From positions 1-53,982 of the forward strand of contig CAMUYU010000004.1 in NCBI GenBank assembly GCA_947164995.1: a DNA stretch of 53,982 bases, read 5' to 3'. The notes beneath the pieces are model-generated. The model ran no database searches and was not told the DNA's origin. It worked only from the letters and a program-made list of their open reading frames with translations. This stretch comes from an uncultured Clostridia bacterium (GTDB lineage: Bacteria > Bacillota > Clostridia > TANB77 > UBA1234). Below are positions 46,023 to 53,982 of this stretch, in pieces; the stretch's first letter is position 1; every line of letters starts with the position of its first letter. A program made the position numbers and the translations under genes.

Positions 46023-46910
46023 TTAAACATCTAAGTATCTCTTCATCGATGCAGTGCTTCCTACCATTCCTATAAATATACCAATTGATACTAGTATAAT
46101 TAATAAGTTTTGATATAACACGTCAAAAGATATAAAACTAAAACCATTTTCTAGTGTTGTCATTGAACGAATAAATGCAGGATATGCAAAATTAATTAAC
46201 AGCATTGTAAGTCCAACAGCTACAAGTCCTGTAAATACTCCTTGTATTGCAAAGGGAGCTCTAATAAAATTATTCTTTGCTCCAACATATTTCATGATAG
46301 ATATTTCTTTTCTCTTTGAGAACATCATTAGTTTTGTAGTATTCATCATTAAGAAAATTGAAAATTCAACTATATAAATAACCGCAACAATTGCAATAGC
46401 TTTATATATTTCTGCATCTCTTGCCTTTTCTGCTGCATATTTATTTACTGTTATTTCTTCTATTCCATTTTGCTTGCTAATACTATTAACTATGACATCT
46501 ACAAGCGATACATCATCAAAAGTAATAACAAAATATGCAGGATAAATTGTTTTTAAAACTTCATCCGAAAAGCCTTCTACCATAATTGGATTCATACTTT
46601 TAGCAAGATTAATTGCATAATCTTTATCTCTATATGTATTTGATGTAACACCAACTATATTTTCTATTTCATATCCAACTTTTTTAGCATCTTCATCAGA
46701 CATATTAACATCAACATATGCTACGATATTTGAACTTCTATCTTTTGTATCATCAATTAGTTTATTTTCATTAACATATACAAGATATGCAACAGCTATT
46801 AATAGCATTGTAGCAAACATCGTGCCTAACGAAATTAAAGTGTTTTTAATATCTTTTCTCATACCATGAAAAGAATCTTTAATAAGATAACCCATTGTAT
46901 TAAAACTCAT
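46023..46910 (-). CDS. ftsX: cell division permease FtsX
   Basis: four TM segments, KRKEISIMKYVGAKNNFIRAPF; adjacent to ftsE. Confidence 0.92.
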   Translation of the reverse strand: MSFNTMGYLIKDSFHGMRKDIKNTLISLGTMFATMLLIAVAYLVYVNENKLIDDTKDRSSNIVAYVDVNMSDEDAKKVGYEIENIVGVTSNTYRDKDYAINLAKSMNPIMVEGFSDEVLKTIYPAYFVITFDDVSLVDVIVNSISKQNGIEEITVNKYAAEKARDAEIYKAIAIVAVIYIVEFSIFLMMNTTKLMMFSKRKEISIMKYVGAKNNFIRAPFAIQGVFTGLVAVGLTMLLINFAYPAFIRSMTTLENGFSFISFDVLYQNLLIILVSIGIFIGMVGSTASMKRYLDV

Positions 46911-46912
46911 AG

Positions 46913-47683
46913 CTAAACACCTGCCTTTCTTCTAGACCAAGGAAAGTTGTGTTTGCTTAAATGAGAATAGTCTGTAGGATTTTCCATAATTCCATTGCCA
47001 TGTTCTTCTATATATCCGCCAGTTTCTTTATCGCTGACAACCATACCATTTTTAATTGCAATAACTCTCTTTTGCATTTTATCTACTATGTCTTTTGCGT
47101 GTGTTGCAACAACAACTGTAGTACCTCTACGATTGATATCAGATAATAAGCTCATAATCTCCCATGCAGTTTCTGGATCTAGGTTTCCTGTAGGTTCATC
47201 AGCAATTAGTACAGAAGGATTATTAACTATTGCACGTGCTACTGCAACTCTTTGTTGTTCTCCTCCTGAAAGCTGGTCTGGATAAACATCTGCTTTATCT
47301 AATAATCCTACTAGAGATAAAACATTTGGTACTTGTCTTTTAATAACTTTTGGATCTGCTTCTATAACACGCATTGCATATGCAACATTTTCATATACTG
47401 TTTTATCTGGAAGAAGTCTAAAATCTTGGAAAACAATTCCCATGCTTCTTCTAAGATTTGGAATTCTTCTTTTTGAAATTCTAGTAATATCTATACCATT
47501 TACAAAGATATGTCCACTATTAGGTTCAACTTCTTTCATTATCATCTTCATAAGTGTAGATTTACCACAACCGCTTGCACCAACAATGAAAACAAACTCC
47601 CCTTTTTCTATATACAAACTTGTATTATTGACGGCTGCAATGCCGGTTGAATACACCTTTGTAACATTTCTAAACTCTATCAT
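46913..47683 (-). CDS. ftsE: cell division ATP-binding protein FtsE
   Basis: GASGCGKST, VFQDFRLL, LSGGEQQR, ADEPTGNLD. Confidence 0.96.
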   Translation of the reverse strand: MIEFRNVTKVYSTGIAAVNNTSLYIEKGEFVFIVGASGCGKSTLMKMIMKEVEPNSGHIFVNGIDITRISKRRIPNLRRSMGIVFQDFRLLPDKTVYENVAYAMRVIEADPKVIKRQVPNVLSLVGLLDKADVYPDQLSGGEQQRVAVARAIVNNPSVLIADEPTGNLDPETAWEIMSLLSDINRRGTTVVVATHAKDIVDKMQKRVIAIKNGMVVSDKETGGYIEEHGNGIMENPTDYSHLSKHNFPWSRRKAGV

Positions 47684-47771
47684 TTATATCCTCCAAATAA
47701 TATTACTTTTGGTTGCTTTTTTTGCTTGATTTATGTATACTTTCTTGTGATGCGCCCATTTAATCACTATG

Positions 47772-47800
47772 ATTGTAACAATAGAATGCATATTAATCAA
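47772..47800 (-). promoter_or_regulatory. sigmaA promoter of ftsEX
   Basis: TTGATT-17 nt-TACAAT with extended -10 TG. Confidence 0.7.
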
Positions 47801-47816
47801 CATTTAGACCTAATAA

Positions 47817-47833
47817 GTCACAAAAAAGTTACA
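47817..47833 (-). promoter_or_regulatory. WalR-like direct-repeat box upstream of ftsEX-M23
   Basis: TGTAAC-N5-TGTGAC on the - strand, one mismatch to TGTWAH-N5-TGTWAH. Confidence 0.5.
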
Positions 47834-47852
47834 ATCTAGTAATGTTTAGAGG

Positions 47853-47887
47853 AAAAAAGAGAACTTTGTGTTTTCCAAAGTTCTCCC
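47853..47887 (-). terminator. intrinsic terminator after transketolase
   Basis: GAGAACTTTG...CAAAGTTCTC stem plus T-run on the - strand. Confidence 0.8.
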
Positions 47888-47896
47888 TTTTAATTT

Positions 47897-48877
47897 TTAT
47901 CCTTTTACAACTTTTATAATATCTTCTGCAACTAATCCTTCTTTTTCAAGAAGTTCATGCCATTTGCCTGAACCACCAAATTTATCTTTAACACCCATTC
48001 TTGTAACTTTTACAGGGTAATTTTCAGATAAAACTTCACAAACAGCAGAACCCAATCCGCCTATTACACTGTGATCTTCAATAGTTATAATTTTGTTAGT
48101 TTCTTTGGCGCATTTTATTATTGCTTCTTCATCAATTGGCTTAATTGTGTGGATATCTAAAACTCTAACATTTATTCCTTCTTTTAAAAGACTTTCTCTT
48201 GCTTTTAATGCTTCTTGAACTTCAACACCAGTTGCAATTATTGTTGCATCTTTTCCACTTCCATGAATTACCGCTTTTCCAAATTCAAATTTAGGCTTTA
48301 TATTTCTTTTTTGAATTTTTGTAGTTTCTTTTTCATCAAATCCATTAACAATTATTTCCGCATTTTCACCATATATATTTTCAACTTTGGGTCTAGTTAA
48401 TCTTAAATAAACAGGGCCTTCATACTTTGATGCAAAGTCAACTGCCCACTTTGTTTCTTCTTCATCACAAGGAGAAAGCACTACCATATTTGGCATTGTA
48501 CGCATTAAACTAATATCTTCTATTGCTTGGTGTGATGCACCATCTTCTCCAACAGTGAGGCCTGCATGAGTACCTACTACTTTTACATTTAATTTTGGAT
48601 ATGCTATTGCATTACGAACTTGTTCATAAGCTCTTCCACAAGCAAAAATTGCAAATGTACTTGCAAAAGGAACTTTACCAGAAATAACGAGTCCTGCTGC
48701 AGTTCCCATCATATCTTGTTCTGCAATTCCCATATCAAAAAATCTTTTTGGATATTCTTTTTTAAAATGTTTTGTCATTGTTGCACCTGCTAAATCAGCA
48801 TCTAAAACAACAATGTTTTTATTCTTCTTTCCAAGCTTTGCAAGCTCTTCACCATAAGCTTCACGAGTTGCTTTCAT
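47897..48877 (-). CDS. tkt: transketolase, C-terminal subunit
   Basis: ATREAYG, GIAEQDM, GEDGASHQ, TIKPID, IEDHSVIGGLG. Confidence 0.95.
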   Translation of the reverse strand: MKATREAYGEELAKLGKKNKNIVVLDADLAGATMTKHFKKEYPKRFFDMGIAEQDMMGTAAGLVISGKVPFASTFAIFACGRAYEQVRNAIAYPKLNVKVVGTHAGLTVGEDGASHQAIEDISLMRTMPNMVVLSPCDEEETKWAVDFASKYEGPVYLRLTRPKVENIYGENAEIIVNGFDEKETTKIQKRNIKPKFEFGKAVIHGSGKDATIIATGVEVQEALKARESLLKEGINVRVLDIHTIKPIDEEAIIKCAKETNKIITIEDHSVIGGLGSAVCEVLSENYPVKVTRMGVKDKFGGSGKWHELLEKEGLVAEDIIKVVKG

Positions 48878-48891
48878 TTAATCACCTCATT

Positions 48892-49686
48892 TCATGCAAG
48901 TTCTTTCATAGCATTTTCATATTGTTCTTCATTTGGTGCTTTTCCATGCCAGCTAACTTGATTTTCCATAAAGCTTACGCCTTTTCCCTTAACTGTTTTT
49001 GCTATTATCATATTTGGCTTTTTACTTTTTTTAGCTTTTTCAATTGCTTCATTTATTTGATTAAAATCATGTCCATCAATTACTTGCACATTCCATCCAA
49101 ACGCTTTAAACTTTTTATCTAGTGGTTTGCTTTTCATAACCTCATCATTTGTTCCATCAATTTGCAAACCATTATTATCTAAAAATGCAATTACATTATT
49201 AAGTTTATAATGTGCTGAAGTCATTGCTGCTTCCCAAACTTGCCCTTCAGCAATTTCTCCATCACCTAAAATAACATATATTTTGCTATCTTTATCTTTG
49301 TTTAATTTGTAACCCATTGCAATTCCATTTGCAATAGAAAGTCCTTGTCCTAATGACCCTGAAGAAACATCCACTTTATCTAGTTTTCTAGATGAAGGAT
49401 GACCTTGAAGCCTTGTGTTATATTTTCTAAAAGTTTTTAACTCTTCTTTAGGTATTTCACCTTTTTCTGCAAGTACTGCATAAAGAGCTGCAGAAGCATG
49501 TCCCTTAGATAATACAACTTTGTCGTTTTCATTTTTGTGATTAAAATAAATCGTAGTTAGAATATCTGCACAAGATAGAGCTCCTCCAGGGTGCCCAGAC
49601 TGAGCTTCATATATTTGAATAAGTATATCTTTTCTAACTTCTTTAGAGGTTTTTGTTAGGTTGATAATTATTTCTTGAGATAACAT
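48892..49686 (-). CDS. tkt: transketolase, N-terminal subunit
   Basis: SGHPGG, LSKGH, LQGHP, GSLGQG, GDGE TPP motif, WHGKAP. Confidence 0.95.
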   Translation of the reverse strand: MLSQEIIINLTKTSKEVRKDILIQIYEAQSGHPGGALSCADILTTIYFNHKNENDKVVLSKGHASAALYAVLAEKGEIPKEELKTFRKYNTRLQGHPSSRKLDKVDVSSGSLGQGLSIANGIAMGYKLNKDKDSKIYVILGDGEIAEGQVWEAAMTSAHYKLNNVIAFLDNNGLQIDGTNDEVMKSKPLDKKFKAFGWNVQVIDGHDFNQINEAIEKAKKSKKPNMIIAKTVKGKGVSFMENQVSWHGKAPNEEQYENAMKELA

Positions 49687-49696
49687 TTTTTCTCCT

Positions 49697-50785
49697 TTAC
49701 GAAATCTCAGCGATTATACGCTCTAGTGTAGCTTCGCCAGCTTCTTTAAATTCTTTAATTTTTTCTTCGTAATTGCAGTTTCCTTCTTGAAGCATTCTTC
49801 CAACTTCATCTGCAATCTTTTTACTATCTATTTCTTCGTAGGTACAAACCGCATTGGAATCTAACATATCCATAAATCCATCAACTTTTGGATCATAAGA
49901 AATACCTATTGTTGGCACATTGCTTATTGATGAAAAAATAAGTGAATGTAATCTTACACCAATGTTTACATTCATTCTTCCCATAGCACCTAAAATTTCA
50001 GATGGCAAATATCTGTTGGGCATAAGCGTACATTTATCTTCGTGTTTCATTTTATGCATTATTATTTTACTAATTTCTGCATCTTTAGGTTTATGAAATG
50101 GGAAAAACACGATTCTTGCATTGTATCTTTCAACTATTAAATCACAAGTTTCTGCGAGTTTGTCCGTTCTATCTTTGTCTTTCCATTCTCTAACTGAAAT
50201 ACCAATTAATTTTTCGTTATCTTGTAGATTAAGAACGTTATCATTTATTATCTTATCTATTCTTTCTTTTGCTGGAGGTTTCATCATAAAAATCATATCT
50301 GATGAGAAAACTATTTTGTTTTCTTTTATTCCAATTTTTTTGGCGTATTCAATTGCTTGATTATCTCTCATTCCAACAAACTTAACACTCTTTTTATTTA
50401 AAATACCTTTTGTCATTCTACGATAAAATTTTGTATCGATTGGACCCATTCCCTGATATGCAACAACTACTTTTTTTCTATATAACTGAGCAAGCTTTAT
50501 GATACCTAAATAGTACCAAATACTTTTTTTGCTTGTTATATCTTGAAACAAAGTACCACCACCAGAGATTACTAAGTCAGCTTTTTTTATTGCTTTTGTG
50601 ATTTCTTTTAGTTTATATCTATCGTATGCATGAACATTATATAATTCTTTAGTTTTATCTGGATTTGAAGATAATACTGTAAGAGAGCAATCTCTTTTTG
50701 CAAGAAGAGTAGCCATCGTTTCAATCATTGCTTCATCGCCAGTATTATTAAAGCCATAATACCCTGAAATTAAAATATTTTTCAA
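49697..50785 (-). CDS. csaB: polysaccharide pyruvyl transferase CsaB
   Basis: ISGYYGFNNTGDEA, SGGGTLFQDITS, RLHSLI, SYDPKV; TTG 50785 fits SD AGGAG (the track calls 50794). Confidence 0.92.
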   Translation of the reverse strand: MKNILISGYYGFNNTGDEAMIETMATLLAKRDCSLTVLSSNPDKTKELYNVHAYDRYKLKEITKAIKKADLVISGGGTLFQDITSKKSIWYYLGIIKLAQLYRKKVVVAYQGMGPIDTKFYRRMTKGILNKKSVKFVGMRDNQAIEYAKKIGIKENKIVFSSDMIFMMKPPAKERIDKIINDNVLNLQDNEKLIGISVREWKDKDRTDKLAETCDLIVERYNARIVFFPFHKPKDAEISKIIMHKMKHEDKCTLMPNRYLPSEILGAMGRMNVNIGVRLHSLIFSSISNVPTIGISYDPKVDGFMDMLDSNAVCTYEEIDSKKIADEVGRMLQEGNCNYEEKIKEFKEAGEATLERIIAEIS

Positions 50786-50796
50786 AGCAATCACTC

Positions 50797-51465
50797 CTAT
50801 TTAGTTTGAATATGAAGAGCATTTTTTGCTGCATCCATTTCAGCTTCTTTTTTGCTTAGGCCTTCACCTTTTCCTAAAACTTCACCATTACACAAAACTT
50901 CAACATCAAATACTTTTGCATGGTCAGGTCCTCTTTCACCTATTAGTTTATACTCAATTTTAACGTTACCATGTACTTGAAGTTTTTCTTGTAATCTTGT
51001 TTTGTAATCTTTTCCACCATTTTTAATATAGTCCTCTATTTGAGGAATAATATTAGGAAGAATAAACTCTTTTGCATTTTCTATATTTGAGTCTAAATAA
51101 ATTGCTCCAATTGTAGCTTCTACACTATCTGCTAAAATTGAATTTCTATATCTACCATTTACTTTAGACTCACATTTTCCTACTCGTAAGAAATCACTAA
51201 AGCCAAACTTATTTGCCACTATACTTAAAGAATCTTCACAGACTGCATAAGCTCTAGTTTTAGTCATTTCTCCTTCTGGCATTCTAGGATACTTATTAAA
51301 AAGATATTCACTTGAAATTAATTCTAAAATTGCGTCACCTAAAAACTCCAGTCTTTCATTACTCTTTTTTCCTTTGTGCTCATTTGCATATGAAGTATGA
51401 TTCATAGCAGTTTCAATTAACTTTTTGTTTGTAAAAGTGTAGCCTATTTTTTCTTCTATTGTCAC
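50797..51465 (-). CDS. rnc: ribonuclease III
   Basis: NERLEFLGDAIL signature, C-terminal dsRBD; GTG 51465 after SD AAAGGAGG. Confidence 0.97.
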   Translation of the reverse strand: MTIEEKIGYTFTNKKLIETAMNHTSYANEHKGKKSNERLEFLGDAILELISSEYLFNKYPRMPEGEMTKTRAYAVCEDSLSIVANKFGFSDFLRVGKCESKVNGRYRNSILADSVEATIGAIYLDSNIENAKEFILPNIIPQIEDYIKNGGKDYKTRLQEKLQVHGNVKIEYKLIGERGPDHAKVFDVEVLCNGEVLGKGEGLSKKEAEMDAAKNALHIQTK

Positions 51466-51556
51466 CTTCTCGCCTCCTTTATTAGTGCCCTTTCGACTAG
51501 CAATAGTCATCGTAATTATTATACATCATTTTTATTAAAAAATATATAAAAACAAA

Positions 51557-51589
51557 TAAAAAAAGCGTCGCACTTGCGACGCTAAAAAA
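51557..51589 (-). terminator. intrinsic terminator after acpP
   Basis: AGCGTCGC...GCGACGCT stem plus T-run. Confidence 0.85.
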
Positions 51590-51595
51590 GCTATT

Positions 51596-51835
51596 TTATT
51601 GATTACTTTTGATATATTCTATTACATCACCAACTGTAGCAATTTTTTCTGCTTCACTATCTGGAATTTGAAGATCAAATTCTTCTTCAAGAGCCATAAT
51701 AAGCTCAACGATATCCAAAGAATCTGCTCCTAAATCATCGATAAAAGAAGTTTCTGGATTAATTGCTTCATCTTCAACGCCAAGTTGGTCAACAATTACC
51801 TCTTTAACTTTTTCAAATATTGCATCTGGATTCAT
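51596..51835 (-). CDS. acpP: acyl carrier protein
   Basis: [20 protein letters not shown]. Confidence 0.97.
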   Translation of the reverse strand: MNPDAIFEKVKEVIVDQLGVEDEAINPETSFIDDLGADSLDIVELIMALEEEFDLQIPDSEAEKIATVGDVIEYIKSNQ

Positions 51836-52052
51836 TAAATTCACCCTTTCTTTTTGAATCTGTATTTAAAACAATAAACTATTTTAATATCGGTATTTTA
51901 TTAAAATGTAGTCTACAAATTGGTATTCGCACTACCATTATTACAATAATATATAATTAAATTATTGTCAATTATATTTATTTATTTTTCATAAAATTCT
52001 TTGCAAAAACGTGTAAAAAATGCTGCAAAATAGCGACTTTAAGCACCTTTTA

Positions 52053-53072
52053 TTATTCTGTAATTGCTTGTTTAATTGTCTCTACAACTTGTCCTTTTAC
52101 AAAATTTTCTGCTTGCTTTAATACAATTTTTACATCCTTTTCTTTACCACTTCCATGACATTTTACAATAGGTTTTTGCACACCTAAAAGCAATGCTCCA
52201 CCATATTCAGAATAATCTATTCTCTTTTTAAAAGAATCAACTGCGCCAGATAATTTTAAAAGTCCAGCACCAATTTTTCTAAAAAATGTACTACTAAATT
52301 CTTCTTTAATCATCTTACCAATTGTAAGTCCAATTCCTTCTGCAGTTTTTAATGCAACATTTCCAGAAAATCCATCTGCAACAACTACTGAAGCTTTACC
52401 TGAAAACATGTCTCTTCCTTCGATATTTCCAATAAAATTAATATTTTTTTGCTCTTTTAATAATTCATAACTTTCTTTTGTAAGAGTAGTTCCTTTTTCT
52501 TCTTCTTCACCAATATTTAATAATCCAACTGCTGGCTCTTTAAATCCAAAAGCTTTTTCCATATAAATGCTTCCCATTATACCAAATTGAAGTAAATTAA
52601 TTGGCTTGCAATTTGTGTTTGCTCCAGCATCTAATAAAAGCACTCCTTTATGATCTATTGTTGGAAGAATTCCACAAAGCGCCGGTCTATCTATTCCTTT
52701 GATTCTACCAACTTTAAGAAGTCCTCCCACCATAAGTGCACCTGTACTTCCTGCAGAAATAAAGCAATCTCCTTCATCTTTTTTTAGCATTTCAAATCCT
52801 ATATTCATTGAAGAATCTGGTTTAGCTTTTAAAGCTTCTGTTGGTGACTCATGATTTGTTACAACTTCAGTTGCATTTTTTATAAACAATCTATCTGATA
52901 TTTCTTCTAAATTTTTATTGTAGAATTTCTTAATTTTTTCTTTTATTATTTCTTCATTTCCAATCATTGTTATTTTAGTGTCAGAATCTAAATTTTTAAT
53001 TCCTTCAATAGCTCCTTTTATAAATTCATCCGGAGCATTGTCGCCACCCATAACGTCTAATAATATATTCAT
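52053..53072 (-). CDS. plsX: phosphate acyltransferase PlsX
   Basis: DVMGGDNAP, SAGSTGA, IDRPAL, LLDAGAN, DGFSGN, KCHGS. Confidence 0.97.
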   Translation of the reverse strand: MNILLDVMGGDNAPDEFIKGAIEGIKNLDSDTKITMIGNEEIIKEKIKKFYNKNLEEISDRLFIKNATEVVTNHESPTEALKAKPDSSMNIGFEMLKKDEGDCFISAGSTGALMVGGLLKVGRIKGIDRPALCGILPTIDHKGVLLLDAGANTNCKPINLLQFGIMGSIYMEKAFGFKEPAVGLLNIGEEEEKGTTLTKESYELLKEQKNINFIGNIEGRDMFSGKASVVVADGFSGNVALKTAEGIGLTIGKMIKEEFSSTFFRKIGAGLLKLSGAVDSFKKRIDYSEYGGALLLGVQKPIVKCHGSGKEKDVKIVLKQAENFVKGQVVETIKQAITE

Positions 53073-53186
53073 AAAAATCCCTTTCGTTTTTAGCTTTCTA
53101 TTTAAACTACACTAAATAAAATTATATTATACACATATTTTGTTTTCAAGTAATTATACCAAATTGAAGGCTTAATTTTAGGCAAA

Positions 53187-53220
53187 AATAATGACGATTA
53201 TTATAATTATCGTCATTATT
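53187..53220 (-). terminator. intrinsic terminator
   Basis: AATAATGACGAT...ATCGTCATTATT stem plus T-run. Confidence 0.75.
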
Positions 53221-53792
53221 TAATAACCTATATTTCCTAGAGAATCCCTAACCTTGTAGTAAGATATATCTGGTGTATCTCTTACTACAATTAAAGTATT
53301 TTCTATTCTTGATACAATTGTATAACAGTTTTGATCTGGAGAACGCACAATATATCTATTAAAATTATTTCCACTAGTTTCTTTAACAAAGTCTGATTGT
53401 TTTGTTAGCATAATCAATTCGTGGTTAGCTTTGTTAATAAAATAACGTTGTTTTGCTGCCACACATTCTCTATTAAATGAACTTAAAGCTTTATCTCCAC
53501 TTTCATATTCTAGGTAAGTAATTTCTATATTTAATGTATCTATTTCTGCAGAAACTTTTACGTGCAATCCATCTCTTTCTACGGTATCAACAAATTCACC
53601 ACTTGTGTATTTTAATCCTGAAATAATGTAGTAATCGTTTGTAGCCATATAATTCATAAATTTTTCAGGTGTAATAGGACGCCTATATTCACAGGCCTTA
53701 AAGCCAAGTGTTACTAGCCCGGCAAATAATAAAACAAATATAACAAATATTTTAATTATCCTAATAACACTCACCTCTTCTTTAGTAGACAT
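53220..53792 (-). CDS. hypothetical membrane-anchored/exported protein
   Basis: 190-aa ORF with one N-terminal hydrophobic helix, own terminator. Confidence 0.7.
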   Translation of the reverse strand: MSTKEEVSVIRIIKIFVIFVLLFAGLVTLGFKACEYRRPITPEKFMNYMATNDYYIISGLKYTSGEFVDTVERDGLHVKVSAEIDTLNIEITYLEYESGDKALSSFNRECVAAKQRYFINKANHELIMLTKQSDFVKETSGNNFNRYIVRSPDQNCYTIVSRIENTLIVVRDTPDISYYKVRDSLGNIGY

Positions 53793-53868
53793 AATAACTT
53801 TATTGTATTATACTTGAAAAACACAAATTTTTCAACGATATGCAAAATTCGAAACATAAATTTAACAA

Positions 53869-53912
53869 TAAAAAAAGACCATATTTTTTAAAAAATATGG
53901 TCTAATTTTTTT
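53869..53912 (-). terminator. intrinsic terminator after tuf
   Basis: AGACCATATTTTT...AAAAATATGGTCT stem plus T-run. Confidence 0.8.
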
Positions 53913-53930
53913 ATAAATTATTTATAAAAA

Positions 53931-53982
53931 TTATTCAATAACTTCTGTAACGATACCAGAACCTACTGTTCTACCGCCTTCA
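53931..53982 (-). CDS. tuf: elongation factor Tu, 3' end (partial)
   Basis: - strand reads EGGRTVGSGIVTEVIE*, the EF-Tu C-terminus. Confidence 0.93.
   Translation of the reverse strand, partial: EGGRTVGSGIVTEVIE

Noticed and set aside
47897-49686. Split transketolase as a broken gene
   Set aside because: Two-subunit transketolases are normal in Clostridia; both halves have their own start and SD

Overview
A gene-dense, AT-rich chromosomal segment from a low-GC Bacillota, most likely a Clostridia-type gut bacterium. The lineage is inferred from the sigmaA promoters, CIRCE, T-box, SLH/CsaB and plsX-acpP-rnc. Most genes are on the - strand. Housekeeping content: hsp20, ileS with a T-box, a short alaS, htrA, ftsEX-M23, split transketolase, rnc, acpP, plsX and the 3' end of tuf. 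There is also a non-classical alpha-glucan cluster (two GT35 phosphorylases, GT4, DUF4912-like, GH57) and large repeat proteins (a 2257-aa MucBP-like protein with no export signal, a tandem BspA/DUF285 protein, an SLH protein). I saw no rRNA, tRNA, CRISPR array, transposase or integrase. The most striking signals are two otherwise intact genes whose conserved C-termini lie in another reading frame. (1) A COG0523/CobW GTPase stops at TTG-TAA and resumes 52 nt downstream at a duplicated ATG-ATA-AAA-TT sequence, which resembles translational bypassing or an excisable micro-element. (2) A PflX-like radical SAM gene needs a +1 shift exactly at CTT-CGG-G, and CGG is almost unused elsewhere in the window. 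Both could reflect undescribed recoding in this lineage, but assembly error or recent pseudogenisation cannot be excluded from sequence alone.
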